Assembly: GCA_020348365.1 (NCBI GenBank)
Contig: CP070749.1
Location: forward strand, 685,346 to 725,531
Length of the DNA stretch: 40,186 bases
Origin: Candidatus Bathyarchaeota archaeon
GTDB taxonomy: Archaea; Thermoproteota; Bathyarchaeia; Bathyarchaeales; Bathyarchaeaceae
Direction of reading: 5' to 3'
Both the position numbers and the translations under genes were made by a program. Below are positions 9,666 to 19,043 of this stretch, in pieces (the stretch's first letter is position 1; every line of letters begins with the position of its first letter). The notes below the pieces were generated by a model. It was not told the origin of the DNA. It saw nothing but the letters and a program-made list of their open reading frames with translations, and made no database searches.

Positions 9666-10627
9666 GTAATTTCATCTAACATAACGCGTGCCTCATTTAA
9701 GGTGATAACTGGTTTCGGGAAGTTCTTTGTATCATCTAACGATACTCTGGGACAAGCGGTGTTTATGAACGCATCTATCTCGGGAAACTGCATTAGCGCC
9801 ATGGGCGTAATCTCTGTTATCGCTAGTAGTGTAGCTCTTCTTCCCAACTTGTCCAGTTTCCCCTTCAGTTCTAAGGCATCCCTCAGTCTTTGTTGCCCGC
9901 TTTTTAAGCCGATCAAGATGGCAAGTCTTTCCGCCTCTTTAGCTTCGCAGATGCTTGCCCACCGCTTCTTGAGTATAATCTTGGCCTCATCATCGACTGA
10001 AAAAGCCCTATTCTCATAGGGGTCCGCAACTATTGTTGGTTTCAATGTTGAGAGGGCTATGCCTAGGGCGTGAAATCGCCCACCACCAACAAAGAGAAAG
10101 GCTTCAACATCCCCCGTTATTGATTTGACATTAGTGTAATCGCATCCAATCACTTGTCCCAGATAGCTTGAGTGTCCAGCATCACCGGTGATAACAGTTT
10201 TCCCCGCATGAATCAGAATCTCTTTGATGCTGTCCAATGTTTGTATGTGTTGAACTGTTGTGGCCAGACCTACTTTGTGCCATTCCTTCAGTAGAGGCAA
10301 TGCCATCTCAACAGCGTCACTAACTTCTACGGTTGCTCTAGCTTCCACGTAGACTGTGGGCACGCATTCGTACTCTGACAATTTCGCGTGTCCGTAATGG
10401 ACAATTAAGTCTACGCCTAAACTCTCAGCCTCGGCTGTTGCTAAGTCGCACGCCCCATAGCATGGATCAGCGGAAACTATGGGTATAGCACCAGTTTCCT
10501 CCACAACCCTTGCCAATCGAGGCCCGTGAAGTTTCAGGCCTTCAGGAAGTTGAATAAGAACACGTCTTGCTTCAAATTTACCTATCTCCTGTCTTAATCT
10601 CTCTTCCTCAAAATCGAATTTCTCCAA
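9626..10627 (-). CDS. dph2: Diphthamide biosynthesis enzyme Dph2
   Basis: QLPEGL, CYGACD, HYGH, GQVIGC and ACPR; the three cluster cysteines are present. Confidence 0.95.
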   Translation of the reverse strand: MEKFDFEEERLRQEIGKFEARRVLIQLPEGLKLHGPRLARVVEETGAIPIVSADPCYGACDLATAEAESLGVDLIVHYGHAKLSEYECVPTVYVEARATVEVSDAVEMALPLLKEWHKVGLATTVQHIQTLDSIKEILIHAGKTVITGDAGHSSYLGQVIGCDYTNVKSITGDVEAFLFVGGGRFHALGIALSTLKPTIVADPYENRAFSVDDEAKIILKKRWASICEAKEAERLAILIGLKSGQQRLRDALELKGKLDKLGRRATLLAITEITPMALMQFPEIDAFINTACPRVSLDDTKNFPKPVITLNEARVMLDEITWEELCRRGWFES

Positions 10628-10728
10628 AGCACACTCAAACCATCAGGGCGGAATACTCGATAACAAACTTGAAGGCAAATAGTTGGCCTCATCCAAATAT
10701 TTTCTGAGCGCCTTCATGTATGCTCTTC

Positions 10729-13323
10729 TCAAGGAGAGTCGCCTAGTTTCTTCATCAAATAGTCAGCGTTTATTTTGCTTATCACTAGTTCTTCTGAAAT
10801 CTTCGCAGGGTCTTTATCACATTCTTCTATAAGATTCTTCAACTCATCTTCAATCTCTTTCACAATCAATAGAGTCTCAACAACTTTGTCCGGGTTGACA
10901 CCAATTGAATCGAGATGTATTACGAGGAATTTTATGAAGTCCTTTCCCAGATCGCTTGGTGCTTGCCCACAGATGCCAACAGATCGGATGTGCCTCATGG
11001 AATGGGCTCCCTCACATAGCATCTCTATAGCTTTCTTCACTGCGGGGTTTGACTCATCAAATTCCCATGCCAAGATTTCAGAATCCCTGTCAATAGCTAG
11101 AGTCAGTTGGGTTAAATCATTACTACCTATGCTGAAGCCATCGCAATAATCAGCAAACTTTCTAGGGGTAATGCAAATGCTAGGAACCTCTGCCATGAAT
11201 ATTAGACTTGGCATTTTCAGGTTAGCTCCTTCGAAGGATTTTCTAATCATAGTAGTGACTTTTTCAGCTTCCTCGAACGTCCTTACAAATGGAACCATTG
11301 GTATCGCGTTGGTTAGGTTTAATTCGTGAACTCCAATGAATGCCTTCAATTCCAGATTGAATGCTTCAGCAAAAAGCTTGCTGATGTATCTTGAAGCTCC
11401 TCTGAATCCGAGCATCGGGTTATTCTCGACGAATTCCAACTGGATTTCATTATTTTCAATCTTTCCTGAGTCGCAAATTGGACATTTCTCTTGTTTGGAT
11501 AAAGAAATGCTGTTGCCACAATCGCACACAATCTCATAATGCAAAGCCCCAGGTAGTTCAGAATACTCATTTGTCTTGAAATCACTGAATCTGACGATTA
11601 CATCTCTTGGATGAAATGCAGAAGCGATTATCGAGATTCCAGTCTTAAGTCTTTCAACATATTCTTGGGAAAGGGATTTTGTACCAGGATATTTCTGTTT
11701 TATATCATCGGCCCATTTATCGTAACCGAGTTTGTCAGCCTTCAAAGCAAAAACAGGATGCATATCTGCGCCAGCGACTATGAATTCAATTCTGACCAAA
11801 GAACTCCCTTTAGAAGGTAATTGACTTACTTTCAGGGCCTCAAGTGGAGATCCTATATTCACCAAAACTTTTGTAATGGTCTTAGGAACATTCTTCAATT
11901 CTACTTCGTGCACCTCGAACTGCAAGATTCTATTATATATTCTAGCCTCTCCTGAAGAGCAGTCAAGGGTAACTTCTTCTCCATCTTCGAGTCCGAGGGC
12001 ATTAGATACACTCACAGCGCAGGGTATTCCCCTTTCTCTCGAAACGATGGCTGCATGTGAAGTTCTGTTCCCTCTCTCGCATATTATTCCAGAGACTTTT
12101 TTCAGATTCATCACAATTTCCCAATCAGGCGTAGTCATAGAAGTAACCAGTATAGGCTTTGTTCCTTTCTCATTCTGAGCCTCAACTTTCCTTCTCGCTT
12201 CAATATGATCTAATGTTTTGACAACTCGGTCTGTTGCGATTTTCGTACCTACGGCTATACCAACATGGGTCGGTTTTATCGTTGGTGTTCGTCTAAGCTT
12301 GTACATAGTCAGAGTTGTTCTCGTGGCGTGAACCGTTTCAGGTCGAGCTTGGGTAACATACACTTTGCCATTCTCAACAGCAAATTCAACATCCATCGGT
12401 TTGCCGTATGCCTGCTCAATCTTTGTTGTGAACTCTGCGACTTGTTTTGCTTCATCTAATGTTAGAACCCTTGGATCATCGGCTTTGACAGAGACTTCTA
12501 TGTTTCTTCTTGTTTTGGAATGAAAAACGAGCATCTTCTTCTGCGGTTCTAGGGGCGCAATAGTACCAAGCAATTTCACTTCGGGTTTCTTAACAAATGC
12601 TGTCCAAGACGCATTCTCTTTTCCTTGAACTATCATTTCTCCCAAGCCATAAACTGCCTGAATAACGCCAACATTTCTATTACCGGTATCAGGATCTATG
12701 GAAAAGGCCACTCCAGCTTTTTCAGAATCAACCATGATTTGGATTATAACAGATAGAATTCCATCTCTGACAAGTTCGACTTCAGAAATGTCTAGGAGCC
12801 GTTTCTTTCTCAAATCATTTCTGTAGTCCACAACCCTCCAGCCATAGGCAGATGCAATACACTTTAACACATATTTGACTACGTAGAAATCGAGCGGAAC
12901 ATTTAGATAAGTCTCGAATTGACCAGCAAACGCAGCAGTAGGTAGATCTTCAGTAACACCAGAACTTCTAACAGCAACTCTGTGTCTTTTTGCATTTTGT
13001 TTCATAGAATCAACGGCAACGGTGAGAGCATCGGATAATCCTTTAGATACTTCTATGTTTTCAATTTCGCTTCTTAATCTGGCCGCAATCTTCTCTGCAG
13101 TCTTTTCATCATCTTCCGTAAGTTTCTTGTCCAAGTCTTCAACTAATTCGATTATTGTTTCATTCTTCAATAAAATCTTGGCAAATTCAGTAGTAACCAT
13201 GATTGCGTGAGGTATGTTTTCCTCGCCTACAATTTTCACTAGCTTAGCCAGGTTAGATCCTTTTCCACCGGTTACCTTTCCATCAGAGGCAGATGAATCA
13301 CTGATGTCTACAACGTAGTTCAT
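10729..13323 (-). CDS. ppsA: Phosphoenolpyruvate synthase (pyruvate,water dikinase) with an inserted Zn ribbon
   Basis: GGKGSNL, AVRSS..EDL...FAGQ, QARPET, phospho-His TSHAAIVSRE, NPMLGFRGA, FSIGSNDLTQ and GICGQ. Confidence 0.93.
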   Translation of the reverse strand: MNYVVDISDSSASDGKVTGGKGSNLAKLVKIVGEENIPHAIMVTTEFAKILLKNETIIELVEDLDKKLTEDDEKTAEKIAARLRSEIENIEVSKGLSDALTVAVDSMKQNAKRHRVAVRSSGVTEDLPTAAFAGQFETYLNVPLDFYVVKYVLKCIASAYGWRVVDYRNDLRKKRLLDISEVELVRDGILSVIIQIMVDSEKAGVAFSIDPDTGNRNVGVIQAVYGLGEMIVQGKENASWTAFVKKPEVKLLGTIAPLEPQKKMLVFHSKTRRNIEVSVKADDPRVLTLDEAKQVAEFTTKIEQAYGKPMDVEFAVENGKVYVTQARPETVHATRTTLTMYKLRRTPTIKPTHVGIAVGTKIATDRVVKTLDHIEARRKVEAQNEKGTKPILVTSMTTPDWEIVMNLKKVSGIICERGNRTSHAAIVSRERGIPCAVSVSNALGLEDGEEVTLDCSSGEARIYNRILQFEVHEVELKNVPKTITKVLVNIGSPLEALKVSQLPSKGSSLVRIEFIVAGADMHPVFALKADKLGYDKWADDIKQKYPGTKSLSQEYVERLKTGISIIASAFHPRDVIVRFSDFKTNEYSELPGALHYEIVCDCGNSISLSKQEKCPICDSGKIENNEIQLEFVENNPMLGFRGASRYISKLFAEAFNLELKAFIGVHELNLTNAIPMVPFVRTFEEAEKVTTMIRKSFEGANLKMPSLIFMAEVPSICITPRKFADYCDGFSIGSNDLTQLTLAIDRDSEILAWEFDESNPAVKKAIEMLCEGAHSMRHIRSVGICGQAPSDLGKDFIKFLVIHLDSIGVNPDKVVETLLIVKEIEDELKNLIEECDKDPAKISEELVISKINADYLMKKLGDSP

Positions 13324-13425
13324 TTTCCATTCTTATAATTGAGCGGAGTAATTTAAATGCTATTCAGAATACTCCGAATCACATTACAGGTTTTCTCTAC
13401 GTATGCTCTCTATCATCTCAGAATC

Positions 13426-13947
13426 TTATAATGACGTCTGCTCCGATTGCTCTGCTGATGTTTTCTCAATAACCACTTGGCAGGACATCGGAAGTTTGGC
13501 GCCTCCACGCCTGAGCGCTTCCTTCACAACTTCAACGCCTTCCTTATCTACCCTAGCCGTCATAACTGTCTGATTTCGCTTTACCCTGGCGGCCGTTCCG
13601 ATGGATTTGCCGAAGGATTTCTTCATCCCGTCTTGCAGGCGATCGGCGTGTGCTCCAAAAATCATTTTGTTCTCTCGGAGCACGTTGTGAGGATATGGGT
13701 TGATTTGTAAAAAGTAGTTCTCTCCTAGCTTTGTGGAGAGTAATCGGTTTGTGGCTATGCGCGCCGCTTCCAACGCGACATGTCGGACTTGAGCGGCCTC
13801 TTGGGCAATCAAGAGAGCTTGATACTGAAAACTACTGGTTGAATCTCCCATGGTGAATTTTGTTATTCTCGGTGAAGGAGAACCTCGAATGTATTTCTTC
13901 CTTGTATAAGGTTGCCTCTTCATCTTTCGATAGTTTTTTGCCTTCAC
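13426..13947 (-). CDS. rpl10e: 50S ribosomal protein uL16 (L10e)
   Basis: ALEAARI, YPH.VLRENK, ADRLQDGM..SFGK.IG.AARV and AKLP. Confidence 0.96.
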   Translation of the reverse strand: MKAKNYRKMKRQPYTRKKYIRGSPSPRITKFTMGDSTSSFQYQALLIAQEAAQVRHVALEAARIATNRLLSTKLGENYFLQINPYPHNVLRENKMIFGAHADRLQDGMKKSFGKSIGTAARVKRNQTVMTARVDKEGVEVVKEALRRGGAKLPMSCQVVIEKTSAEQSEQTSL

Positions 13948-14112
13948 AGCTCTTCCCTCAAACGTGCAAAAGGCGCGGTATTTAAACTATCTGTTTACAG
14001 TCATTCTCTATCAAGACGTTGAATCCCCGCTAGGATACTGTGCGCGCGTACTGTGGCCTCCATGCTTTTGTGTCCCGTATCACACACGCATATTATTCTG
14101 GTGTATTCCAAA

Positions 14113-14133
14113 ACCCGAATGTTTCTAGTGGAA
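14113..14133 (-). promoter_or_regulatory. Isolated ORB-like element (putative Orc1/Cdc6 site)
   Basis: TTCCACTAGAAACATTCGGGT is 17/21 identical to the origin ORB at 29835-29855 and lies in an intergenic region. Confidence 0.4.
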
Positions 14134-14191
14134 TCCATGGAGAAAAGAGGTTACTAGATTCTCGTGCTTGGTGGAAGTTGCTATTCAGTCA

Positions 14192-14731
14192 TCATAATAG
14201 CGATGCTTCATCGGGTCTATGATGTTTTTTGTCAAACCATATTTCAGCCAGTTCGTCGAAATCTGGAAAAACCTTCCTCAAGATTGGAACGTATATTTTC
14301 TTCTCGTCTTTGGTCACGTACTGAAACTGATAGGTGCCTGTGTATGGTGAAGATTCACCCATTCTTGTGAGGAATTCGATGTGCATGAAAGGGTCTCCTC
14401 TCTTTATTGTTATGGACTTTCTGTCATTGCTTAAGTTGACGATTTCTAACGCTAGTCTTCCCACAAAGCCGCTGTGGACCTTAGCGGCGTTCAGAAAGGA
14501 CAATCCCATCCTCCCATACTTGCTCTTCGCTGTGAGGTGGGCAATATACTGGGGGGGCGTGAACACTATCTCGTAGGAGATGATATTCCTGTGCTCAAGA
14601 TAATGCAGTGTGGTCTCCTTCTTAACCGTTAGGACGTAGCTGTCGCCATCTAGGAGATTGTAGTCGAAGGGATAGATGCACTTGTACTTTTCAATCAAAT
14701 CAATCAACTTGTCCTTACCAAGAATGCACAT
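14192..14731 (-). CDS. Trimeric dUTPase / dCTP deaminase family protein
   Basis: AKSKYGRMGL...VHSGFVGRLALEIVN...I..GDPF.HIEF...PY.G.YQ.Q, a Dcd-like layout with variant motifs. Confidence 0.75.
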   Translation of the reverse strand: MCILGKDKLIDLIEKYKCIYPFDYNLLDGDSYVLTVKKETTLHYLEHRNIISYEIVFTPPQYIAHLTAKSKYGRMGLSFLNAAKVHSGFVGRLALEIVNLSNDRKSITIKRGDPFMHIEFLTRMGESSPYTGTYQFQYVTKDEKKIYVPILRKVFPDFDELAEIWFDKKHHRPDEASLL

Positions 14732-14797
14732 ACATTTTCACCTTTGGCATGAGGTAATGCGCCTTCATGCTTATACCTCTTTTCTAGCAGTTGTTAG

Positions 14798-16213
14798 TCA
14801 TCTCTTGGCTGTTATCAAAACGATTCTCTCAAAGGCAACCTTCCTCTCAGCGAGAATGCTCACTCGAAATCCTGCTTTCTCAAGTTTATGGACAGTCTCG
14901 TCTATGCCAGAGAGGGAGGACTGAACAAGAAGGATTCGGCCACCTTTCTTCAGGTGATTCGGAGCCTCGGATATGAACCGATCAATAAAGTTTCTTCCAG
15001 TTGTTCCTCCCGACCATGCTCTTTCGCTCCATTCTTTCTGATTAGCAGCTTTTAATGGAAGGTATGGGGGATTGACGAGGATTAGATTGAAAATTTCGTC
15101 TTCTCGCAGGGGTTCAAAGAGGTTCCCTTGTCGTGTATCCAGCTTCGCCGTCACATGATTAAGCTTTGCGTTAATACTTGTGCACTGGACTGCATAGGGG
15201 TTTACGTCCACAGCAACAACTTTCCTCGCTTTTTTTGCCGCGAGGACCCCCAAAATTCCGCAACCAGCTCCCATGTCGAGTACAGTTTCACCGCTTTCCA
15301 CTGTAAGATTATCCGCAACCAAGTATGTATCCTCAGCGGGCCTGTAGACTATATTCAAAACGACAAAAGTGAAACCGCCAAAGAATATCTTCTCGTTGTT
15401 CTGCGCAATCTCATTTGCCAGAAGTCCGAAGTCTTCCGGTGCAAGCCTTCGGACTCTTCTGTCATGAAAAGGCAAGGAGTCCGCCAACTGCTTCAGTTCC
15501 TTTCCCTTCATTCCTCTTTTCTGTAGGAAGGGAATGATTGCGTTTCTTGTCTTCTTGTTTTTTTGGGTGAATAACGTTCGCATAAGATCGAAGAAGACCG
15601 TTTCATCCGTTACAGGAAATGGGTGCTTCCTAGGCTTTAGACGTGTGATTCTGGAGTCTACGTCTGGCTTTGGATAGAACATTTCCCTAGGCACCTGGTC
15701 TAGAACCTCCACCTCGGCGTGATAATAGGTGATAACAGTCAGTCTACTATAGTCTCTACTGCCTACTGGTGCCACCAGCCTATCCGCGAGTTCTTCTTGG
15801 AGAGTCAACACCGCGCATTCAGGATTCTTCTCCAAGAGCCAGAAGAGGAGGGGGGATGATATGGAGTATGGGGGAGTAGAGACAACCTTGTTGAAAGATG
15901 GTATAGAAGCGGTCATGATGTCGCCCTCGATCAGAACCACATTATTGAAATCCTTCAGTTCTTCCCTTAGTATCCTAATCAACCCAGCATCTACTTCTAC
16001 GGCGAGGACTCTCTTACATTTTAGAGAGAGAAGTTTCGTGAGAGACCCTAAGCCTGCCCCAACTTCTAGTGCAACATCATCCTTACTAAGAGATGCATAA
16101 GAGACCAATTCCTGCAAAAGAGCGGTTTCAACCGAAAAATTCTGTCCAAATCGTTTTCTAGGATGTACATTATGACGGCGGAGAAGGCGTTTTGTTCTCT
16201 GGAGGAGATCCAT
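14798..16213 (-). CDS. rsmA: Fused RsmA/KsgA 16S rRNA dimethyltransferase (N-terminal ~270 aa) and HemK2/Mtq2-like glutamine methyltransferase (C-terminal ~200 aa)
   Basis: N-part has GQNF, EVGAGLGSLT and F.P.P.VDS. C-part has VY.PAEDT.L, DMGAGCG, NPPYLP and W.GG..G. One uninterrupted frame. Confidence 0.88.
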   Translation of the reverse strand: MDLLQRTKRLLRRHNVHPRKRFGQNFSVETALLQELVSYASLSKDDVALEVGAGLGSLTKLLSLKCKRVLAVEVDAGLIRILREELKDFNNVVLIEGDIMTASIPSFNKVVSTPPYSISSPLLFWLLEKNPECAVLTLQEELADRLVAPVGSRDYSRLTVITYYHAEVEVLDQVPREMFYPKPDVDSRITRLKPRKHPFPVTDETVFFDLMRTLFTQKNKKTRNAIIPFLQKRGMKGKELKQLADSLPFHDRRVRRLAPEDFGLLANEIAQNNEKIFFGGFTFVVLNIVYRPAEDTYLVADNLTVESGETVLDMGAGCGILGVLAAKKARKVVAVDVNPYAVQCTSINAKLNHVTAKLDTRQGNLFEPLREDEIFNLILVNPPYLPLKAANQKEWSERAWSGGTTGRNFIDRFISEAPNHLKKGGRILLVQSSLSGIDETVHKLEKAGFRVSILAERKVAFERIVLITAKR

Positions 16214-16223
16214 TTCATTATCA

Positions 16224-16802
16224 CTATAGGGCTCGAGTGAACAGACGATACTTACTCTCGCCAGAGAGCTCCTCTACAATCCTCTTCGCGATGAGCTTGG
16301 GTGGGTTGGGTATGCTAGCACGTTGCTGCAGGTCTTCAAAGCTTTTGAAGTGTTCTCTTTCCCGCTCATCGATAATCTGCCACATGTACTTCTTTCCGAT
16401 GCCTGGAAGGAGTTCCAGTGAATGCATCCTCGGCGTTATCGCTTGAGTAGCGTTGAAGAAGCTAACAAACCAGTTCTCGCGGTTCAACACTACTTTCTCT
16501 ACCACACTTGGAAGCTCCATCTTCGCAGTGGAGGTTAACTCCTCGTAGCCTATCCGTCCAATGATGTAAGCAATCTTTTCTCGAGCCTCCTTTCCAACAT
16601 AGACCCTATCAGAAGGCCTGACAGTAATCGTCTCTTTCACAATCGCCTCGAGAAGCGTGAAATACCCTTCTCCCAGAACCTGAACCAAAGCCCCTGCCCG
16701 ATACCTTCGGTTGACTCCAGGTCTTCCGTGGGGAAGATAGTCGAGAACATATGCGTACTCTTCATATTTCTGTCCTCTTTCAGGTATCTCTTCATTTGCC
16801 AT
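16224..16802 (-). CDS. DUF655 family putative RNA-binding protein
   Basis: EEYAYVLDYLPHG, FTLLE and RMHSLELLPGIGKK (HhH); conserved position between rpoF and rsmA. Confidence 0.92.
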   Translation of the reverse strand: MANEEIPERGQKYEEYAYVLDYLPHGRPGVNRRYRAGALVQVLGEGYFTLLEAIVKETITVRPSDRVYVGKEAREKIAYIIGRIGYEELTSTAKMELPSVVEKVVLNRENWFVSFFNATQAITPRMHSLELLPGIGKKYMWQIIDEREREHFKSFEDLQQRASIPNPPKLIAKRIVEELSGESKYRLFTRAL

Positions 16803-17026
16803 ACAGAAAGACCTCTATCACTATCGATTTCTGCTATCCACTATTTGAAGAACACAAGTTATTGTGAGCGTGCTGATTCATGAGTTTGCACCATTTCGAC
16901 TGCGAGTCTGACCTGAAACATATAGTATATGGTGACCTTTAAATTTTTAAGTTGAATTGTTGTGAGTAAAATAGCACGTCTTGCTTGGACAATCCGGTTT
17001 TAGATGAGGGTATTGTGTGGAAGGCT

Positions 17027-17371
17027 CTATTTTTCTTCTCTGTACTCGGCTAACAAAGTCAAGATTCCCTCAAGCTTAGACGTTTCCACGATTCTACGCC
17101 CGCCACCCAGAAAAGCGCGAATCTCCTCTATGCTTTCGGGAATACAGTTTACTATCTGGACAGCTTCTTCCTCTTCCAACTCGAAGTCATCTACCAGACG
17201 CTTCACCAATTCCTTCCCAGCGCGGTAGTTTACCTTGGAAAACTTCGCTGCGTAATCTAAGGATCGTCTCTGGAACTGGTCAAGACGCTCCTCGCCTATC
17301 GATTCGAGTATCTTCTTCACTTCTGGGATTGTGACAAAGCGTTTTTTCGTGGTTTTCTTGGGCATTCTCAT
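17027..17371 (-). CDS. rpoF: RNA polymerase subunit Rpo4 (RpoF)
   Basis: Q.R.LDYA.KFSK and AVQIVNC.P...EEIR; follows rpl21e. Confidence 0.93.
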   Translation of the reverse strand: MRMPKKTTKKRFVTIPEVKKILESIGEERLDQFQRRSLDYAAKFSKVNYRAGKELVKRLVDDFELEEEEAVQIVNCIPESIEEIRAFLGGGRRIVETSKLEGILTLLAEYREEK

Positions 17372-17667
17372 CCCCCGGTCATTGGCTTCAGATGCTCCGG
17401 TCGTGCAATTATCTCCTTGATTGCATCTCCTTGTGGAACCTCTACAACGTAAGCTCTGCCTCGTTTATCGGCTATTACACCTGTCCTTCCATGATATCTT
17501 CGGTGTGGCATCCCTTTGAGGACGCTCGGATTTACTTTGATCACCACTTTCTCTCCAGGCTTGTATTCATGGAGTATCTTGCTCAGTCCTGTTTTTCCCC
17601 GTTCTCTAGGCTTTCTCCTCAACAGTGAACGCGTTCTTTTCCGATAGCCCTTTGATTTTCTTCCCAT
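17368..17667 (-). CDS. rpl21e: 50S ribosomal protein eL21
   Basis: SKGYR.RTR, KGMPHRRYHGRTG and RPEHL. Confidence 0.97.
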   Translation of the reverse strand: MGRKSKGYRKRTRSLLRRKPRERGKTGLSKILHEYKPGEKVVIKVNPSVLKGMPHRRYHGRTGVIADKRGRAYVVEVPQGDAIKEIIARPEHLKPMTGG

Positions 17668-17668
17668 C

Positions 17669-19012
17669 CTAATCTTCTCTGGGGATTATCTCCAACACAT
17701 CAAGACTTATAGGCTCAGCCTTGACGCCAATGAGTTCAGACACATTTGGATTTGTTCGTCCCTCATCACCAGTTATCAGCTCCTTGACATAGAGGCCTCC
17801 CTGACAATGTATTCTCATTTCCATACGGTTTGGCTTCAACCTCTTTGTTTTCGCCTCATATATGTACTTTTCCCGAACACGATCCGCTCTTCGGTGCAAG
17901 ACGCGTAGAGGCGTTTGCTGGCGGATAATCGTGTTGGTGAGGGTTTGCTCCAAGATTCTCAACTCCTCGTCCGAGACTACTCTGTTTGACTCGATGACTA
18001 CATTGTACATTTTGGATGCACCCTCCCTTTTCTTCAATCTTCTAACCGCTTCCTTATCAGCAAAACGTAGACTCAAAACCTTCACCTTGGCTTCCGCCTG
18101 CTGATTTATAGCCTTCGTGAGGTCTTGCAGGTCTACTAATCGCCTTTTCGGTTTCTTAATCTCAACAACAAAGGGCCTCCCACGGCCAAGCATGCGAACG
18201 TCTACATCCTCTCGTCCCGCAGCGTGAAGCGCCGTCTCTTCTCCGTCAGATTCTTCTAAGAGTGGGGCTGAAATGATTTCTTCAACCGATTCTGAATACA
18301 TCTTTCCAGTCCAGTTGCACTCGCCGCAGCCTTTGCCCCTACAGTTTGGACAAAACCATCTGGATTGTGGAATTCCACGGACGAGTTTTCTATATCTTCC
18401 CGCTATGTAGAGCGGGTTCACTTGAAGTGTGACTTCATCGCTGAAGGGATTCACTATGACGACCACATCGGGTGTCCTATACTCTACCGTCTTCTCTACG
18501 ATTCTAGAGATTTCCTTTCCGATTTCACGACTAAACCCGTTCCGCATGCCCTCACCATGCTTCACTTCGAACTCAGCTTTGAATTCGTCTTCCTTTTCCT
18601 CCACTCTACTCGGGAGGTTTATGCCCACAAGAAATGTGGCGTAGTCATAGTCCGCCAGTTTCTCTACTGCGCTACTTACTAATGCTGGCAATTGTTCAAA
18701 GCGCCCCTCACAGAGGTGGCACCCTAGTTTTTTCCCAACCGTTTTCATCATCTTCGTTAACACTTCAGCCGCCATGTCAAAAGACCCATTCGTCACCAGA
18801 GTCCTTAACAATAAGAACCCTCCTCTTTCGCCCATGAGCGCTAGTTTGTTGGCCTTCATGGTCAGCAACGTCTTCATCACGTCGCCCCGTTTCTCATCGT
18901 CAAGTCCATAGCCTAGGAGGGCAAATTGCCTTCCTAAGCAGTGGTTGCAGAGGGAATATTTTTCAAGCATCCTCTGTGCCTTTTCAAGTATCCTCATGAG
19001 AAGCCACCCCAT
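17669..19012 (-). CDS. pus10: tRNA pseudouridine(54/55) synthase Pus10
   Basis: C..CLGR, GRYRKL.R.IPQ..W, HAAGREDVDVRMLG.GRPF, QQTP.RV.HRR and GGLYVKEL. Confidence 0.96.
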   Translation of the reverse strand: MGWLLMRILEKAQRMLEKYSLCNHCLGRQFALLGYGLDDEKRGDVMKTLLTMKANKLALMGERGGFLLLRTLVTNGSFDMAAEVLTKMMKTVGKKLGCHLCEGRFEQLPALVSSAVEKLADYDYATFLVGINLPSRVEEKEDEFKAEFEVKHGEGMRNGFSREIGKEISRIVEKTVEYRTPDVVVIVNPFSDEVTLQVNPLYIAGRYRKLVRGIPQSRWFCPNCRGKGCGECNWTGKMYSESVEEIISAPLLEESDGEETALHAAGREDVDVRMLGRGRPFVVEIKKPKRRLVDLQDLTKAINQQAEAKVKVLSLRFADKEAVRRLKKREGASKMYNVVIESNRVVSDEELRILEQTLTNTIIRQQTPLRVLHRRADRVREKYIYEAKTKRLKPNRMEMRIHCQGGLYVKELITGDEGRTNPNVSELIGVKAEPISLDVLEIIPRED

Positions 19013-19043
19013 TCTGTATCAGGATAATTCCAGATTCTCTTCT

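Noticed and set aside
10708..14769. 11-bp repeat GCGCCTTCATG at 10708 and 14759
   Set aside because: A few such matches are expected among all intergenic DNA, and its position relative to start codons is inconsistent.
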